A DNA stretch of 64,000 nt from Tubulanus polymorphus (taxonomy: Eukaryota > Animalia > Nemertea), in the NCBI RefSeq assembly GCF_964204645.1, contig NC_134031.1, positions 12,526,088-12,590,087 on the forward strand, in the 5' to 3' direction. Below, in pieces: positions 61,628 through 64,000 of the stretch (the first letter of the stretch is position 1; the number at the start of each line of letters is the position of its first letter). Below the pieces are notes generated by a model that did not search any database, was not told the DNA's origin, and was given only the letters and a program-made list of their open reading frames with translations. The position numbers were made by a program, and so were the translations under genes.

Positions 61628-62928
61628 CTAGGGGTCTATGGGACACCATGCCCACTTGGGAAGTGGTTTCAAATGCTCAACAATCTAACAATTTCAATAC
61701 AAAACGCCCCTAGTGACCATATACAAAAACCAATGACCTTGAAACTCACCACAATCATAAAACATGACAGCAGCTACGATTTTGTAACTGATTGTGATAA
61801 CAAAATATGCCTCGTTACCAATTTAATATGGAAATACTAAGTTATTCTACTATTCAACGCCCCCTGGTGACTATATTCAAGACCCAATAACCTTGTAACT
61901 CACCATAATCATGAACTACAACTTTGCATTAATTAGATCATGGTAACAAAATATGCCTAGGTACCAATATGATAAGGAAATACTAGGTTATTCTACTATT
62001 CAACGCCCCTGGTGACCATATAGAATAACTAATTTCCTTAAAACTCACCACAAACATAGACGATGTCATGAGCTACAACTTTGCAATTGATTGTGGTAAC
62101 AAAATATGTATTGCTAGAAATATAATATAGAAATACTAAGATATTGTATTATTCAACGCCCCCTGGTGGCCATATACAAAAACCAATGGACTTGAAACTG
62201 CTTTATGTGTCGAGAACAGGATGTTTATGTAAATATGTCAGTAACCATATAGTGTTCACTCCCCCTTAGCCTATGTAGCGAATCATCATATGCGCATGTG
62301 CAGTCGGGACAGGTCGTTAGCCCGTGTGTGACCGAAATAAACGAGTATCTTATGATGTGTAGACTGAACCCGTCGTGTTTTTAGTCTTTCTCTTCTTTTA
62401 TCTCCGAACCTGGTCTTCTTTGTGACTCGCAACGCCACATTATGCTTAGGTATCAATATAATGGCGAAAAACCTTTTCCCAACTACGAAAGAGGACTAAT
62501 AACACCAAGATGGCCGCCAATTGCGCCATAATTGGCTGATCAAAAAAACCTCTCTCTGGTATAAAACATCCCTTTCAAAAGAATACCCATCAGCAATTGC
62601 AATGAGAAATTGCAAACCAGTAGGAAGCTACAGGACTCAGAATTCGGAACAAAATTAACATTTTTGGGCACTTAAAAGGTTCTAGGACGACCATCTTGAG
62701 TCCGATCAACCCAATTTAGAAACAGCAATGGCTGCCAGTCGGCCATCTTGTTTCTGACAGGGCCAGTTTTTGGGCTGAAGATGTGTCTAGGGTAGATACA
62801 TGTATAAACCAAATATCAAGACATTACATTGAAGCGTCTTCAAAACATTCCCAAAATAACTGGATTCCATCTACGGACGGACAGACGAAAAGTGAACGCA
62901 ATAGCCCGCTGGGACTTAAGTCCCAAGT
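61628..62928 (-). mobile_element. HINE-1 copy containing a solo LTR
   Basis: Same ends and 154-bp units as the other copies. Confidence 0.75.
62208..62439 (+). mobile_element. Probable solo LTR (232 bp)
   Basis: TG...CA ends, TTATG on both sides, internal AATAAA (~62336); unrelated to the Gypsy LTR at 34443. Confidence 0.62.
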
Positions 62929-63313
62929 ACCAACCGGTGGGTTTATGGACCTTTTGAACGTGGAAGTAAGTAAAACTACGAGAAAACTGCTGGCTTAGGT
63001 GGGGTTTAGTGGTCCTCAAGGGGTTCTTGGCGCATCTGAGGTCCATTATCCAGCATTGACTATTGACAAAATAAGTCTGCTTGCTACCACGCGCTGTAGA
63101 TCGTTTGTTGTTTATGTCTGGAGTCAATGAAAAGGATAGCTGCGACAATATCCAAATCTTAGATACATATAAAGGTATACATATAAATCGGATTTGGTTG
63201 TTTTTAATTTCCAAAAATCGGAAAACTTTCGGGATGACATAATCAGCAGAATAATTATTCAACTACAGTAGGTTCTCTGGCAGAATGTATCAACGGGGAT
63301 TTCAGAATATTAC

Positions 63314-63445
63314 CTGATTAAATTCAAGTATATCCAGTAAATCAAACATTTTTCTGTTCTTCTCATTATCCTTCAACTTGACGTAATGCTGTTGTAAACC
63401 ATGCAGAGTCAACTTTGAATCATCATCAACATAGACTTCCATCGG
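63314..63445 (-). CDS. DDX39B: DDX39B/UAP56 exon (132 nt); upstream exons lie beyond the window
   Basis: [44 protein letters not shown]; AG/GT boundaries; phases join all five exons in frame. Confidence 0.96.
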
Positions 63446-64000
63446 CTGAAAAAAAAATCACTTCTAAGTATCAACATTTAGTATTGCATAAATTCTCATA
63501 TTCTAGAACTGGTTTTAAGTAAATTAAGGTCTGCATTGCATCAAATGAATGAAGAATAACACAACTGTCGAGGGTAGCTGTGCTGTTTACCAGCAGTTTA
63601 AAGACTCTCCCCAGAAAGGGAGACGCTAGCCGGATTATAACTCACAAGCACTCTAGCCAACTCATGCACCTAGACATAACATGAATTGTAGATATAAGCT
63701 TGAATAATTATCTCAATGTAGATATGAGCTTACACTGCATTATTCCTCTTCACCTTTATTTCTTATATTCACAATTGGAGTTTAAGACTCATAAATAAAT
63801 AAAATTCCTGCATTTATCTGTATTCCTCTGTCCAGATTGCGTGTACTCCATCCAGTTTACACTGCACACCAATATAACCATCAGCCACAGATAATCTCAA
63901 ACTAAGTCAGAACTGCCCCAAGACGCGAACATTTCAAATCATAACCAGCAGCAATGGAACAAGATTTTTTCTTCAGCCACCATCCTCAAGGATGATGGCC

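Noticed and set aside
63870-64000. Possible intronic snoRNA, since vertebrate DDX39B hosts C/D snoRNAs
   Set aside because: CTGA boxes are present but there is no convincing C box or terminal stem, and the region is cut by the window edge.

Overview
Repeat-dense animal (invertebrate-type) nuclear DNA. The left ~44 kb is a nested stack of four related Maverick/Polinton (adintovirus-like) elements. Mav1 (<1-12508) has intact integrase tail, packaging ATPase, major and minor capsid and several membrane-protein ORFs, but an internally deleted pPolB. Mav2 (~18204-22318) is a degraded pPolB plus terminus. Mav3 (22319-23709) is a remnant. Mav4 (26653-~43980) has a left end, an HNH nuclease, integrase and a 12.8-kb inversion, and contains a near-complete Ty3/Gypsy retrotransposon with an extra SGNH-hydrolase ORF. 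A 30-bp satellite, Helentron-like non-autonomous repeats and MITEs fill the gaps. The right ~17 kb holds the last five coding exons of a DDX39B/UAP56 helicase gene on the minus strand, with TE-filled introns. Two features stand out. (1) The Maverick genes are preceded by two motif classes that match poxvirus late (T-run-N6-TAAATG) and intermediate (A-run...TAAA(A)TG) promoters, although no RNA polymerase gene is seen, suggesting a virophage-like element dependent on a pox-like helper virus. (2) All four visible termini are self-complementary 95-407 bp foldbacks whose two arms co-vary. All calls are by eye from motifs and internal comparisons; no database search was run.
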